Shown here piece after piece: positions 27,887-37,419 of a stretch of DNA of 64,000 nt. The stretch covers positions 1-64,000 of the IMG/VR virus record IMGVR_UViG_3300037110_000161; one strand, written 5' to 3'. Origin of the DNA: a virus. Within the stretch, counting starts at the first letter, position 1; each line of letters opens with the position of its first letter. The translations under genes and the position numbers were made by a program. The notes beneath the pieces were generated by a model, which saw nothing but the letters and a program-made list of their open reading frames with translations, made no database searches and had not been told where the DNA came from.

Positions 27887-29581
27887 TTAGAGAACCTTGC
27901 TGATGCTGGTGCCGCCGGACGATGGCACGAACGTCAAAGCGATGTCGGCGTAGACCAAGGCATGGGCGTAGTGGTCAGGTCCGGTGTTCACGTAGGTGGC
28001 CTCCGGGTTGCCATGTTCATCTTTCTCATAGGTCCGCACGAGGTTCTTGACGTGCTCGCGGAACTCCAGCGAAATATCGGCCGGCAGCAATATCCGTGAA
28101 GGATTCATCTTGAAGCGGCCCAGCGTGCAACTCAGCCAGTTGGTGCGGTCTACCGTCGCCATAGGGGCACCGGTGTCTTCCTCGGTGATCGCTATTTCCT
28201 TGGCCGCGATTCCTCGCCGATAACGGCAGAGGTGGACATAGCCGTAAAACTTGCGGGCAAACCGCCGCGCGTCGTTGATGTTCGGATCGGCGTCCACCAC
28301 GCAGGCGAGGACTTGCCATTCCCGCATCAACTGGCCGACGTAGTTCCAGTCCTCCTCCCGGAACTTGCCGTACCAGAGCAGCTTGCCGACCGCTGCCAGA
28401 TTGATGTCCACACGGCGGTCGCCGTCAAACAGCCACTCCACTACGGTGATGTAGCCGGTCTTGCCCTGGTCCACACCCATCGTGATGCAGCGCCGACCGC
28501 CGATCCCCGGCCGCACGTCGCCGGTAATATGCTTCCGCACGGCGGCGTCCAGCATCGCGTCGGAGACCTGGGCACCTTCGCCGATGAATGGCAGGCCCAG
28601 CTTCGAGTTATGGAACTCTTTGTTGGCCGCCTCGTCGCCAAGGCCACGGAAGTGGGCAATGACGATCTCACCGGGAGAGACCGTAGACGAATAAAGCTGA
28701 TTGGCGTAAAAGCCACGGGACTCCTGCGGGCTGACTTGCAGGTTCGTCGGCTGCCACAAGCCCCCGGCCAGGAACTCCGGCTTGGCTCGATGGTCCAGCC
28801 TGTGTTTGCAGTCCTTGCACTTGATGAACGACTCGTGGCAGCGGGGATCGCTGACCGTCTCGCCGATGATCTCGACGCAATCGGGCCAGACGAACTCCGT
28901 CCATCGGCCGCAACAGGGGCATTTGAACTGGAAGTGTTCCTGCGTGCTGGTGAGGAACAGCTTGTGGATGCCGTACTTCGGCACGGTGGGCGTCGAGATG
29001 GCCAGGACATGCTTCTCGATCTGCCCGGACAAACGCTCCAAGGCCAACCAGATGGCCTTCGTGTCCATTTCGTCCAGCTCGTCCAGGACCAGTTCCGAAA
29101 CCGGAATGGACTTCAGGTTCGAGTCACCACGGCTTCCGCGGATGTACAGGACGTTGGTTCCCGTGGACTTCAGGCCCACGGTGTTGGTGTCAACGAACAG
29201 TTGCTTGAGATACGAGCTGAGCTTCAGTGCGGTGGCGAAGCGGGCCTTGGAAAAGTCGCTCGCATTCAACGTCGTGGGAAGCACGTACAGCACGTCACGC
29301 TTCAACTGGTCAAGCACAAAGAATGCCCGATTGATCCCAGCTTCAGTGATGCCCAACTGAGCCGCCTTCATCGCCACGGTGAAGGCCGCCTTGCTGTTGT
29401 GAATCTCGCGGCACCAGGGGTGATGTGCGAAGCCGTAGGGACCGGGGAAGGGTGCTCCCATCACCCTGCGATGCTCAGCCCATCGGCTACACGACTGTAA
29501 GGACGAGTTCTCCAAGCCGCGTGTGACGCCCTCTTGGAAGGCGTCCCACAGCTCGCCGCGGCTAGCGCGCTCTTCGACCAT
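27887..29581 (-). CDS. Terminase large subunit, lambda GpA-like
   Basis: KAAQLGITE Walker A variant, LVLDELDE Walker B, STPT, CPCC...CKDC Zn ribbon, MGVDQG and DHYAHA nuclease motifs. Confidence 0.9.
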   Translation of the reverse strand: MVEERASRGELWDAFQEGVTRGLENSSLQSCSRWAEHRRVMGAPFPGPYGFAHHPWCREIHNSKAAFTVAMKAAQLGITEAGINRAFFVLDQLKRDVLYVLPTTLNASDFSKARFATALKLSSYLKQLFVDTNTVGLKSTGTNVLYIRGSRGDSNLKSIPVSELVLDELDEMDTKAIWLALERLSGQIEKHVLAISTPTVPKYGIHKLFLTSTQEHFQFKCPCCGRWTEFVWPDCVEIIGETVSDPRCHESFIKCKDCKHRLDHRAKPEFLAGGLWQPTNLQVSPQESRGFYANQLYSSTVSPGEIVIAHFRGLGDEAANKEFHNSKLGLPFIGEGAQVSDAMLDAAVRKHITGDVRPGIGGRRCITMGVDQGKTGYITVVEWLFDGDRRVDINLAAVGKLLWYGKFREEDWNYVGQLMREWQVLACVVDADPNINDARRFARKFYGYVHLCRYRRGIAAKEIAITEEDTGAPMATVDRTNWLSCTLGRFKMNPSRILLPADISLEFREHVKNLVRTYEKDEHGNPEATYVNTGPDHYAHALVYADIALTFVPSSGGTSISKVL

Positions 29582-29675
29582 TGTGTAGCCACCGTTGTAG
29601 CAGAGGTTGCATGGCAGGTTCGCTTGGCGTCTTGCTCGGTCAGTCTGCGTTCATCCTGTGCAACCTCGTGTTTTC

Positions 29676-30095
29676 TCAGCCGGCCGCTACGGGCTCGTCG
29701 TCTGCGTCCATTTCTGACTCAACGGCCGGGGCCGGTTCACTGGTCGGAGCAGGCTCGGGTTCCACAACCGGCTCCGGTTCGTGGGCCGGTGCAACCGGGG
29801 CCGGCTCAACAACCGGAGGAGGTTCGATGGCCGGAGCTGGAGCAGACTCAAGCTTGTCGGCCGGCTTCCGCTTGGCGGACCTGAGCAAGGCCGGGCCGCA
29901 GCCGAAGGGCGGCCGGTGGTCTGGCCCCAGGAAGCACGAGTACACGTCCACCTCGTCTTCCTGAACGCCGTCCGGCAGGGGGATGTCCACCCAGTAGTGG
30001 CTGTCGTCTACCGTCGTTGTGACTTCGCCCTTCGGCGTGTAGAGGATGATGCTCACCAGCGGCAAACTGCTATTGTGCGGGACGGGCACTCGCAT
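29676..30095 (-). CDS. Hypothetical protein with Pro/Glu-rich tail
   Basis: GAGG RBS; 139 aa. Confidence 0.6.
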   Translation of the reverse strand: MRVPVPHNSSLPLVSIILYTPKGEVTTTVDDSHYWVDIPLPDGVQEDEVDVYSCFLGPDHRPPFGCGPALLRSAKRKPADKLESAPAPAIEPPPVVEPAPVAPAHEPEPVVEPEPAPTSEPAPAVESEMDADDEPVAAG

Positions 30096-30336
30096 TGTTT
30101 TCCTCGCAGGCTTGGGCGACTTCCAACAGGCGTGACGCCAGTCGTCGAAGATGACTGGGATCGCCGCCCGGTGCGCCGAGAAGCGTGTAAACGTGCATCA
30201 TTTCCACGGCCGCGTTGCAGGTGACCAGCGCGTGGTGCCAGAGGCGTTTGCCGTCTTCGAGCATCAGCCCGGAGACCGGCGGCAGCTTTGGTTTCACCGG
30301 CGTCGGCGGGCAGTTCGCACACCGTCGCTCGGCCAT
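30070..30336 (-). CDS. Hypothetical protein
   Basis: MAERRCANC start coupled (TGATG) to the upstream stop; 88 aa. Confidence 0.55.
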   Translation of the reverse strand: MAERRCANCPPTPVKPKLPPVSGLMLEDGKRLWHHALVTCNAAVEMMHVYTLLGAPGGDPSHLRRLASRLLEVAQACEENNASARPAQ

Positions 30337-30761
30337 CACGACCTCCCGAAGACTTCGTTCATCAGCCGAACGGCCTCGTCGATGTCCTGCGTCTGCACAG
30401 TATCGTGACCACAGCGGATCACGAAGTAGACCGGGATGCTCGTGATGCCATAGTACCGCTTGGTCATTTCCGAGCACTTGTCGATGTTGATCCGTTCGAC
30501 ATCCACGCCCATCTGCTCCAAGGCGTCTAGCTGCGGTTGGCCGGCTTGGCAAGCAGGGCACCAATCGGCACCAAAGGCAATGATCTTCGGCCGGCAACAC
30601 TGGCCGTGTTGCTTGTCCGGTTGCGCCTCGTGGCGTTGGTCGGGCGTCGGCCAAGGGGCCACCGGCGTCGGAGGCTCACAGCCGGCGATCAAAATGGTCG
30701 TCAAGATCACAGCCAGCGGCACCAGCACGGATTTGCAAAAAGATCGCGTCTTCATGTTCAC
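30336..30761 (-). CDS. Thioredoxin-family lipoprotein
   Basis: Lipobox LIAGC, WCPAC active site, SIP cis-Pro loop. Confidence 0.8.
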   Translation of the reverse strand: MNMKTRSFCKSVLVPLAVILTTILIAGCEPPTPVAPWPTPDQRHEAQPDKQHGQCCRPKIIAFGADWCPACQAGQPQLDALEQMGVDVERINIDKCSEMTKRYYGITSIPVYFVIRCGHDTVQTQDIDEAVRLMNEVFGRS

Positions 30762-30788
30762 GGCGAATCTCCTGGCACGGCAAGACTG

Positions 30789-30917
30789 CGGTTCTCGAAA
30801 GGCTCGCGGCGCATCCGGGAGCCCTTGGAGAACCGGCCCCGGCCGGTTACGACGCCGGCCGGGGCACGGGAGTGGGAAGACCTGCCAAAGTGCGCTTGCG
30901 TCAGTGGCGTGGCAGGT
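30789..30917 (-). other. Three consecutive hairpins in an intergenic region (structured RNA candidate)
   Basis: Stems at 30789-30835, 30836-30865 and 30880-30917; the first extends via G-U pairs on the minus strand. Confidence 0.4.
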
Positions 30918-30930
30918 TGCTCGGACGCGA

Positions 30931-31365
30931 TTAGGACTTGGCCGAAGCAGAGGCGGGGGCCGGAGCCGCGGAAGCGGGAGCGTCGGCCGGGGCAGCCGCT
31001 CCCTCGATCACGGCGATCTTCGCCTTCACCAGGGCCATGCCCTCGGGCGTGGCGAGCTTCTTGTCCAGCACGTTCTCATAGGTGGATTCCAGTTCCTTCT
31101 CGATGGCGTCGTTGCCGGACTCCACCAACTTGGAGAGATCGTGAATCTTTTCGAGCAGATCGTTCACGTCGCCCACGGCAAAGTCTTCGAGCAGGGCCGG
31201 CAACAGCTTGAGGCCGACCGCCCGCAGCTTGATGGCCAGGACTTGAGCATCCCGCTTCTTGGTCGTCAGCGCTTCGTTCTTGCCGAAGAGCCACTTGCCG
31301 ATCTCACGACCAACGAGCACGCACGCCACGGCGGCCAGAATCCAAATCACAACAATGGGGTTCAT
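30931..31365 (-). CDS. N-terminally anchored membrane protein with helical/coiled-coil body
   Basis: MNPIVVIWILAAVACVLVG TM segment; GGAG RBS. Confidence 0.65.
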   Translation of the reverse strand: MNPIVVIWILAAVACVLVGREIGKWLFGKNEALTTKKRDAQVLAIKLRAVGLKLLPALLEDFAVGDVNDLLEKIHDLSKLVESGNDAIEKELESTYENVLDKKLATPEGMALVKAKIAVIEGAAAPADAPASAAPAPASASAKS

Positions 31366-31439
31366 CTTTCTTCTCCGCGTTTGGGAATGCCGCAGGCGCG
31401 GCGTAGCAGTCACCGGACAAAGGCAGTCGCACTAAGGAA

Positions 31440-32141
31440 TCAACAGTGCGTGGCCGGCAGCAACTTCTCTTTGAGTTTCTTACCGTAGCCGAGGCAAAAG
31501 CCGACCAGGAAACCAGCGCCACCGATCGGGACCACAAGCCAACCAGGCAGTGCGGACTCGGGCTCCGCCAGATCGGGGTTCACCACCTCGGGCTTGCCGC
31601 CGTCGTTAATCGGCTGCGGCTCGGGATCGTGATTGGGCTGTGGCTGAGGTTTCGGACGTTCCAGATTGTTGAGGCGGTTGTCGGTATCCCGCCGCCACGG
31701 CAAGATAGGTCGCAGCCCTTGGGCCTTGCCGACCGCCCCCGCCAGGGCCCCGTTCAGCCCGGCCGCCGTCATGGGAAGGTCCTTCCCCGCCGCCTCGTAG
31801 ACCACTACCGCGTCGGGTTGCTGCATTCGCACGGTGGGTAGCCCCGCGACGTTCGGAGCATACCGCTCCTTGTAGATCGCCGTGTCACTCGTCACAGGGC
31901 AGAATTGCACCTGGTCCTTCAGTTTGGTCAGATTTGGATTGTTGTCGAACCAGTTCAGGATTTCGTTGTAGCGGGCGTCGTTGGAGTCTCCGACGACACT
32001 GATGTACCACTTGCCCTGGTCGTTGGGCAGGTTGACCACGCGCTCTTCGGCCAGGACGCCGTTCACTGTGTCGGCGAAACAGGGGACTACGACCGCGAAG
32101 AGGGCGACCGCACACATCGCGCATAGCAACAGCTTGTTCAT
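31440..32141 (-). CDS. Exported thioredoxin-like protein with Pro-rich linker and C-terminal TM
   Basis: Signal peptide, GLPT cis-Pro-like motif without CxxC, PKPQPQP linker, C-terminal hydrophobic helix followed by KKLK. Confidence 0.6.
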   Translation of the reverse strand: MNKLLLCAMCAVALFAVVVPCFADTVNGVLAEERVVNLPNDQGKWYISVVGDSNDARYNEILNWFDNNPNLTKLKDQVQFCPVTSDTAIYKERYAPNVAGLPTVRMQQPDAVVVYEAAGKDLPMTAAGLNGALAGAVGKAQGLRPILPWRRDTDNRLNNLERPKPQPQPNHDPEPQPINDGGKPEVVNPDLAEPESALPGWLVVPIGGAGFLVGFCLGYGKKLKEKLLPATHC

Positions 32142-32171
32142 TGCTTTCCTCTCGTGAAACAGACTTGGGCG

Positions 32172-32741
32172 TTATTGTGGAAGCGGAGCCGCCGGAGTGT
32201 AGATCGGCGTTATGGCCCACCCGTCGCTGGCCTGCCATTCAGCAATCAGCGTCTCGCGCGGGACCCAGATGTACTGCTCGACGGCGTTGTCGTCCAAGAG
32301 GGCGGCCCACTTTTCATCCAGGTGGACCAAGGCAACCATGTGCTGGCCGCCCCGAATCGTAATGCCGCAGCCGCGTCGCGTGCGGCACGCCCACTCCAAG
32401 AACTTCACGTCGCCGTTGGTGACGGAGGCGTAGCGCACGCCGGCCTCGTCGAGCCGCTGGGCCATGTCGTCCGGCCACTCGCCGTCGCCGCAGTTCTGTC
32501 GGACCCAATTGGCAGTGCGGTAGCGGCCCTGCCAACGCAACAGGGAAACCATTGTGGCCCAGGTGCAAGAACCTTGACCACCCTCTCCCCACCAATTGCT
32601 CTGCCGCAGGGCGAGCGGCAAGTTGACCGTGGGACGCTCCACCACAGGGCGTCCCTTCCGCACCGGCGGGGCCACGATGCCGGGCGACTCGCAACCGGCA
32701 ACCACCACCAGCAACAACACTGCCAGGACAATCCGCTTCAT
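32172..32741 (-). CDS. Lipoprotein with papain-like (C39-like) peptidase domain
   Basis: Lipobox VAGC; GSCTWA catalytic Cys, QHMVAL His, LLDDN Asp. Confidence 0.7.
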   Translation of the reverse strand: MKRIVLAVLLLVVVAGCESPGIVAPPVRKGRPVVERPTVNLPLALRQSNWWGEGGQGSCTWATMVSLLRWQGRYRTANWVRQNCGDGEWPDDMAQRLDEAGVRYASVTNGDVKFLEWACRTRRGCGITIRGGQHMVALVHLDEKWAALLDDNAVEQYIWVPRETLIAEWQASDGWAITPIYTPAAPLPQ

Positions 32742-33400
32742 CGCAGCCTCCGTGGTTTGAAGACCAGTTCCTTGTACTGAAGCATCCGGCACAGGTGGTT
32801 GGGGTTCCAGCGGGCGGCGCTCACCGTTGGCATGAGGCCGAGGTCCGCATAGGCGGCGGCCACCCACTCCGAACAAAAGATCATGTGCAGGTCTTGTTCG
32901 CGGAACAACGATTCCACAAAAGACAACCCGACGCCGGCCGCGCGAAACGCCCCCATCGCGTCATAAGGCGTGTGGATCGTTGCCATCACAAAGTCGCTCA
33001 GCCGGCTGTCTTCATGCGCATAGAGCGGCCGATAGAGTGGATAGTGCCAGACTTTGCCTGGGTAAGCCTGGAGAATCTTGGTGAGGTCGTGGGCCTGGGT
33101 GCCATTGAAGCATTCGCCCGAGAGTTCGCAGGGCATGTTCTCCAGCGTCGTGCTCTCGAACAACAGCAACCGGCCGTCTGCGGCGTGGGCCATGACCCCG
33201 ACGTGGCTGATGCCCCAAAACGGAATCCCGTAGGTGCCAAGATTGATAAGCGCACTGATCCAACTGTTGCCCGAGAAGCCGATCACGTCCCCAGCCTTGA
33301 GGTCATTCGGGTTGACGATCAGGCCCAGGTCGTACCGCGACAACGCTTTCAGCGTTGGTGAGGTGGGCGGTTGGCGGCACATTGACAGGAAGGGGAACAT
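32738..33400 (-). CDS. Permuted papain-like NlpC/P60 enzyme (YiiX/YebB-like)
   Basis: KAGDVI, SHVGV (His), TPYD and FCSEWVAAAY (Cys) in permuted order; GAGGT RBS before ATG 33400. Confidence 0.8.
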   Translation of the reverse strand: MFPFLSMCRQPPTSPTLKALSRYDLGLIVNPNDLKAGDVIGFSGNSWISALINLGTYGIPFWGISHVGVMAHAADGRLLLFESTTLENMPCELSGECFNGTQAHDLTKILQAYPGKVWHYPLYRPLYAHEDSRLSDFVMATIHTPYDAMGAFRAAGVGLSFVESLFREQDLHMIFCSEWVAAAYADLGLMPTVSAARWNPNHLCRMLQYKELVFKPRRLR

Positions 33401-33572
33401 GTTGCACCTCAGGTCCGGGGATCCGCGCCATGCAGATGTTGTCGATGTACTTGGACGTGCCGTTGCGGCGAATGCCGAGGCGTTTTTGCTCGTCGGCCCA
33501 GCAGTCCTCGCAGCGGTCCTCGCCGCCATAGGTGACAATGCGACCGCACTCACACCAGACGGGCAATTGCAT
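33303..33572 (-). CDS. Small Cys-rich (CxC...CxxC) protein
   Basis: ATG coupled to the upstream stop (TAATG), GGAG RBS; 3' part overlaps the next gene. Confidence 0.45.
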   Translation of the reverse strand: MQLPVWCECGRIVTYGGEDRCEDCWADEQKRLGIRRNGTSKYIDNICMARIPGPEVQHVPLPVNVPPTAHLTNAESVVAVRPGPDRQPE

Positions 33573-34141
33573 TAGGACTCCGCCAGGGCCGAAAGGGTGG
33601 GCACGGTGGCCGCGTCGTTGCGGGCTTCTTGGATTGTGGTTATCACGTCGCGGATCAACGTGTCCACAAGCTGATCGTAATTGGGCAAGCCTTCGAGGCG
33701 AGCCACGAGCTTCTGGCATATCTGCTGCCCGACACGCAAGAGCGTCGGCTTTGCCAGCAGACTGCCCAGCCGCTCTTCGATCTGGTTGCACGTCTTGACC
33801 AGCTTTTCGAGCGTGAGGATATGGCTGTTTACACGCCCGTAGATCGCCAACCGTTCTACGTCCGAGTGGGCCGAATTCCACAGTCCCTCGACCATCATGC
33901 GAGTCAGGGCGATCTCGTCACGGAGCGATTTGATGTCGTCGTGTTCGGCAAAGGCCGCCAATCGGGCACGATCCTGGGCTCGTGCCAAGAGGTATTGCCG
34001 CAACCCCTTTTCTGGCGGCTGGTACGAGCCAGCGTGGACCCGGCAATAATCCGACCCTTCCTCGGCAACCGTCATGCACTGCCCGGTGCCGACCGACGCC
34101 TTGCAGCGGCGGGGATCCGCTAGGTCCGTCACTCGCTCCAT
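33572..34141 (-). CDS. Putative terminase small subunit
   Basis: RCKA....GQC...YCRVHAG Zn motif (HGGxSTG-like) followed by helical SLRDEIALTR; first gene of the late operon. Confidence 0.55.
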   Translation of the reverse strand: MERVTDLADPRRCKASVGTGQCMTVAEEGSDYCRVHAGSYQPPEKGLRQYLLARAQDRARLAAFAEHDDIKSLRDEIALTRMMVEGLWNSAHSDVERLAIYGRVNSHILTLEKLVKTCNQIEERLGSLLAKPTLLRVGQQICQKLVARLEGLPNYDQLVDTLIRDVITTIQEARNDAATVPTLSALAES

Positions 34142-34288
34142 GATTCGCCTCAACCGCGGCCACGAGAGTTCCTACGCTATTACCAGATACCGAAAACGGT
34201 GTTTTTTTCGGACAGAACTCGAAATCTCTCTGCCACGCGCTCTAATACCCGTCCCTGGTTGCTGATTCAACCGGTGAAGGAGATCAAC

Positions 34289-34807
34289 ATGCGACACCAC
34301 GAGCGCAGGCCATCAGGCCCGCCGCGTCAGAACGCCCCCAAGCCCGTCTTGCCGATGGTTCAGCTTCCGATCTACCGCGTCAAACAGCGGCACCTGGAAG
34401 CTTTCCTGGCGAGGGTGTACCGGATGGACGGCTTCGACTTCCTGTTGGCGGCTGGGGTCACGCCCGGAATGTGTCCGGAATACCTGGTCAGTCCGGCGCT
34501 GCCACCGGCAATGAGCGCCCGGCAGGAGGCCGACCGCATCCGCCAAGGCCGCCGAACCCGCAACGTGGGCCTGATCCTAAACGTACTCTGCCTGGACGGC
34601 TTTATCCCGGCCGGGCGGTACACCATCGACACGCACCCCGCGCCACCGCCCGGCCAGGTCTACCGGACCTTGTTGATCGAGACGGGCGATCCCAACCATC
34701 CACGGTGCGCAGAGTTCAAGCGGCAGCACCGCAGCAACCGCGCGTTTACACAACTGGCAGCGCAGATGGACAAGGCGGTCTTGGATGCTCAACGCGAGCA
34801 GAAATGA
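34289..34807 (+). CDS. Hypothetical protein (divergent from the late operon)
   Basis: AAGGAG RBS; 172 aa. Confidence 0.65.
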   Translation: MRHHERRPSGPPRQNAPKPVLPMVQLPIYRVKQRHLEAFLARVYRMDGFDFLLAAGVTPGMCPEYLVSPALPPAMSARQEADRIRQGRRTRNVGLILNVLCLDGFIPAGRYTIDTHPAPPPGQVYRTLLIETGDPNHPRCAEFKRQHRSNRAFTQLAAQMDKAVLDAQREQK

Positions 34808-35100
34808 GCCGGCCGCTCACACGCCGCGGCCGGTAGTGGACCTGCGATGTTTCGGTAATCGGTTCCATTCTGAAGCAAGCCAGGAACCATCTGAGCATAT
34901 GGGCTCATCGCTCGGCGCAACTTCGTAGCGTTCGGACGCAAGCGCCCCACGTTCGTCTGCTGCAACGGCATGTTAGGCGACCATTTCCAAGCGGATCCTG
35001 CCATCAGACTCTCCGTCCCAGCGTTCTTGTTGCCGCCGGAAAGCGTGCTTGCCTTTGAAGCATCAATCAGTCTGGTAGGCTGCGAAGATTGTGAGGAGCC

Positions 35101-36429
35101 CTAATCGCCGCCACCTTCAAGCATGGCAGCGTCGAACTCCTCGTCAAATTCGGCTCGTGCAGCATCAACCATCGGCTTGATCTGCGCCCTGATCTCTTCG
35201 GAGGATTCGCTCTGATACACTTCGTCGAGAAGATCTGATCGCCCCTCGAGTTCTGCACACGCGCCAGCATAGTGCGTATCATCGTAAGCTCCTAGGATCG
35301 CCTCAACCCACACCTTGCGCCCTTCGGCTGGCGTCGACAAGTAGTCTTTCACGGCTTCTCCCGTGCTCATCAAATAGAACATCCGCCGCAGCCGTGGGTC
35401 GGACACAACCTGGTCCGTGTGGTTTTCTCGCATGAGGCGACGGAGAGTCTCTTCACCGTAAAGTTCTAGGACTGCCTGAACGAATCGTCGCTGCCGAGGG
35501 CTATCCGAACCGAGGTCGCTTCCCAACTTCCGAAAGATGCCATTGCGTTCAAGCCACGACCACGCGTCGCGGCGGCGGTAATTGCTCAAGCACTCGATTA
35601 CCACATCGAGACTCGGTCGGCTTTCGGGCTCCTTTGCGAGCATTCGCCGCACAACGTTGCCGAGGTATCTCCGCTCAGGCGACCAGCCGGAATCCTCGAT
35701 CTCTATGGGTTGGTTTCGGACGGCCATCACCAGCCGAGAATAGAGACCAATATCGGAAAAAATCGGCTGCCCGGTAAGAAGCTGATAGCCTATTGTGCCC
35801 AACGAATAGACATCCGAAGAAGTGCTGCATTCCTCCCGGAACAGCCATTCGGGCGCTGCGAACCGAAGAGTTCCCAAGAAACTCTGTGAATTGGTAACGG
35901 TCGCTTCGCTCTGAAGTCGCACGACGCCCAGGTCGAGCAACACCGCTTGGCCGCCACTGTCGCGCATTACGTTCGCGGATTTCACATCTCTATGGAGAAT
36001 ACCGTGATCGTGCAGCGCTTTCAGTCCATTGGCGGTTCCGAGGAGCAGATTCCGAGCCAAATCCGTGGGCACAGGTCCACGGCTGGTCAGGCTTTCCAGA
36101 GTCTCGCCTGTAATAAGGCTCATCACCACGTACCGCGGCAAGCCATCCTTCCAGAAGGCGGCTGTATCGTGGACCTTCACGAGGTTCGGGTGTGCCAGGT
36201 AACTGCCGACCATCGACTCTCTAATTCGCCGCGCGATTATTATCCGCGCCTCTTCGCGTTCGAAAATCGCGGGGGCGTACCATTTCAAGCAGAATCGTTC
36301 ACCTGCTCGGAACGATGTCCACGGAACACTGAGCTGAACCTCGAAGACCGTCCCGGTGGCTCCGCTGCCGAGCTTCCGTTCTATCTTGAAAAGGCCGTCG
36401 ATTATCTCGCCAATTGCAGGGAGTCCCAT
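35101..36429 (-). CDS. Hanks-type Ser/Thr protein kinase with unknown helical C-terminal domain
   Basis: GSGATG, FCLK, HRDVKSAN, DLG, APE and DVYSLG motifs. Confidence 0.9.
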   Translation of the reverse strand: MGLPAIGEIIDGLFKIERKLGSGATGTVFEVQLSVPWTSFRAGERFCLKWYAPAIFEREEARIIIARRIRESMVGSYLAHPNLVKVHDTAAFWKDGLPRYVVMSLITGETLESLTSRGPVPTDLARNLLLGTANGLKALHDHGILHRDVKSANVMRDSGGQAVLLDLGVVRLQSEATVTNSQSFLGTLRFAAPEWLFREECSTSSDVYSLGTIGYQLLTGQPIFSDIGLYSRLVMAVRNQPIEIEDSGWSPERRYLGNVVRRMLAKEPESRPSLDVVIECLSNYRRRDAWSWLERNGIFRKLGSDLGSDSPRQRRFVQAVLELYGEETLRRLMRENHTDQVVSDPRLRRMFYLMSTGEAVKDYLSTPAEGRKVWVEAILGAYDDTHYAGACAELEGRSDLLDEVYQSESSEEIRAQIKPMVDAARAEFDEEFDAAMLEGGGD

Positions 36430-36466
36430 GGTTGTTTCTAACTTCGGCTGTGGGGCGAAGGTGCCG

Positions 36467-37399
36467 TCAGCGCGTTTCGCGCCACGGCACCTCTAAGCCT
36501 ATTACGCTCAGCTTCTCCTCCAACTCATCGCGCTCCCTGCTCCGCCGAAAGCCTTGCTCCTCCCGCACGAGCAATCCTTCCTCTTCGGCCCGCCGCACGG
36601 CCATCGCGATATCGCCACTATGCAGTGCGCGGATGATTTCCAATTCCAGGCGGGAGAATGAAACTGCTTGCAACTGAAAATCCAGGAATGCTTGCCAGGT
36701 GAGGGGGCACCATTTGCTGACGATCGTTTGCCCAATGATATTCGTGTAGCTGCGAATTTCCTGCTGCGCGTGTGCGTCCATGCGGAGCAGGAGAAAATGC
36801 AACAGGTTGTGCAGATCGATCTTCCAGTACGCCTCCGTGTACGTCGCTAGAGGTAAATCCTTTCTCGCCTGCTCCCTTGCAATGCCCAGTCGAAGGCGCT
36901 CTTCGTAGACGTCACGTGCCAGTACCTGTACAGCCTTCTCGCGATCGGAGAGATGTGCCCCGACTTCCGCATCGACGGTACCGCTACTCCCTTGCTGGTT
37001 CGTCTGGGACTGCTTCCGCCATTCTCCTGGGGTCGTCCGTTGCGCCGCGTCGATTGCCACCGAGTACCGTGTCGAGTACTCGTTCACATTCGCCGTCCTG
37101 TGCCGAATCCACTGTCGCCACGTATCCATCGGGACGCGCACATGCAGCTTGATTTCGCACATCTCGAAGGGCGTCGTATGGCGATGCCGCAGTAAGTAGC
37201 GTATCAGCCCCTGGTCTTCCCGTACTTTCTTGGTTCCCGTGCCGTACGAGACGCGCGCCGCCTGCACGATGGATTCGTCCGATCCCATGTAGTCGATGAC
37301 GCGCACGAAGCCATCATCGAGGACTTTGAACGGCACACCGAGGATCTCATCCAACGCCTCCACCCGCGGCCGGCTCAACTTCTCCCATTCTTTTTCCAT
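36467..37399 (-). CDS. thyX: FAD-dependent thymidylate synthase
   Basis: AARVSY, HTTPFE, RQWIRHRTANVNEYSTRY (RHRx7SxR), REQARKDLP and HAQQEIR motifs. Confidence 0.95.
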   Translation of the reverse strand: MEKEWEKLSRPRVEALDEILGVPFKVLDDGFVRVIDYMGSDESIVQAARVSYGTGTKKVREDQGLIRYLLRHRHTTPFEMCEIKLHVRVPMDTWRQWIRHRTANVNEYSTRYSVAIDAAQRTTPGEWRKQSQTNQQGSSGTVDAEVGAHLSDREKAVQVLARDVYEERLRLGIAREQARKDLPLATYTEAYWKIDLHNLLHFLLLRMDAHAQQEIRSYTNIIGQTIVSKWCPLTWQAFLDFQLQAVSFSRLELEIIRALHSGDIAMAVRRAEEEGLLVREEQGFRRSRERDELEEKLSVIGLEVPWRETR

Positions 37400-37419
37400 G
37401 GTTCTTCGACTCCTCCCAA

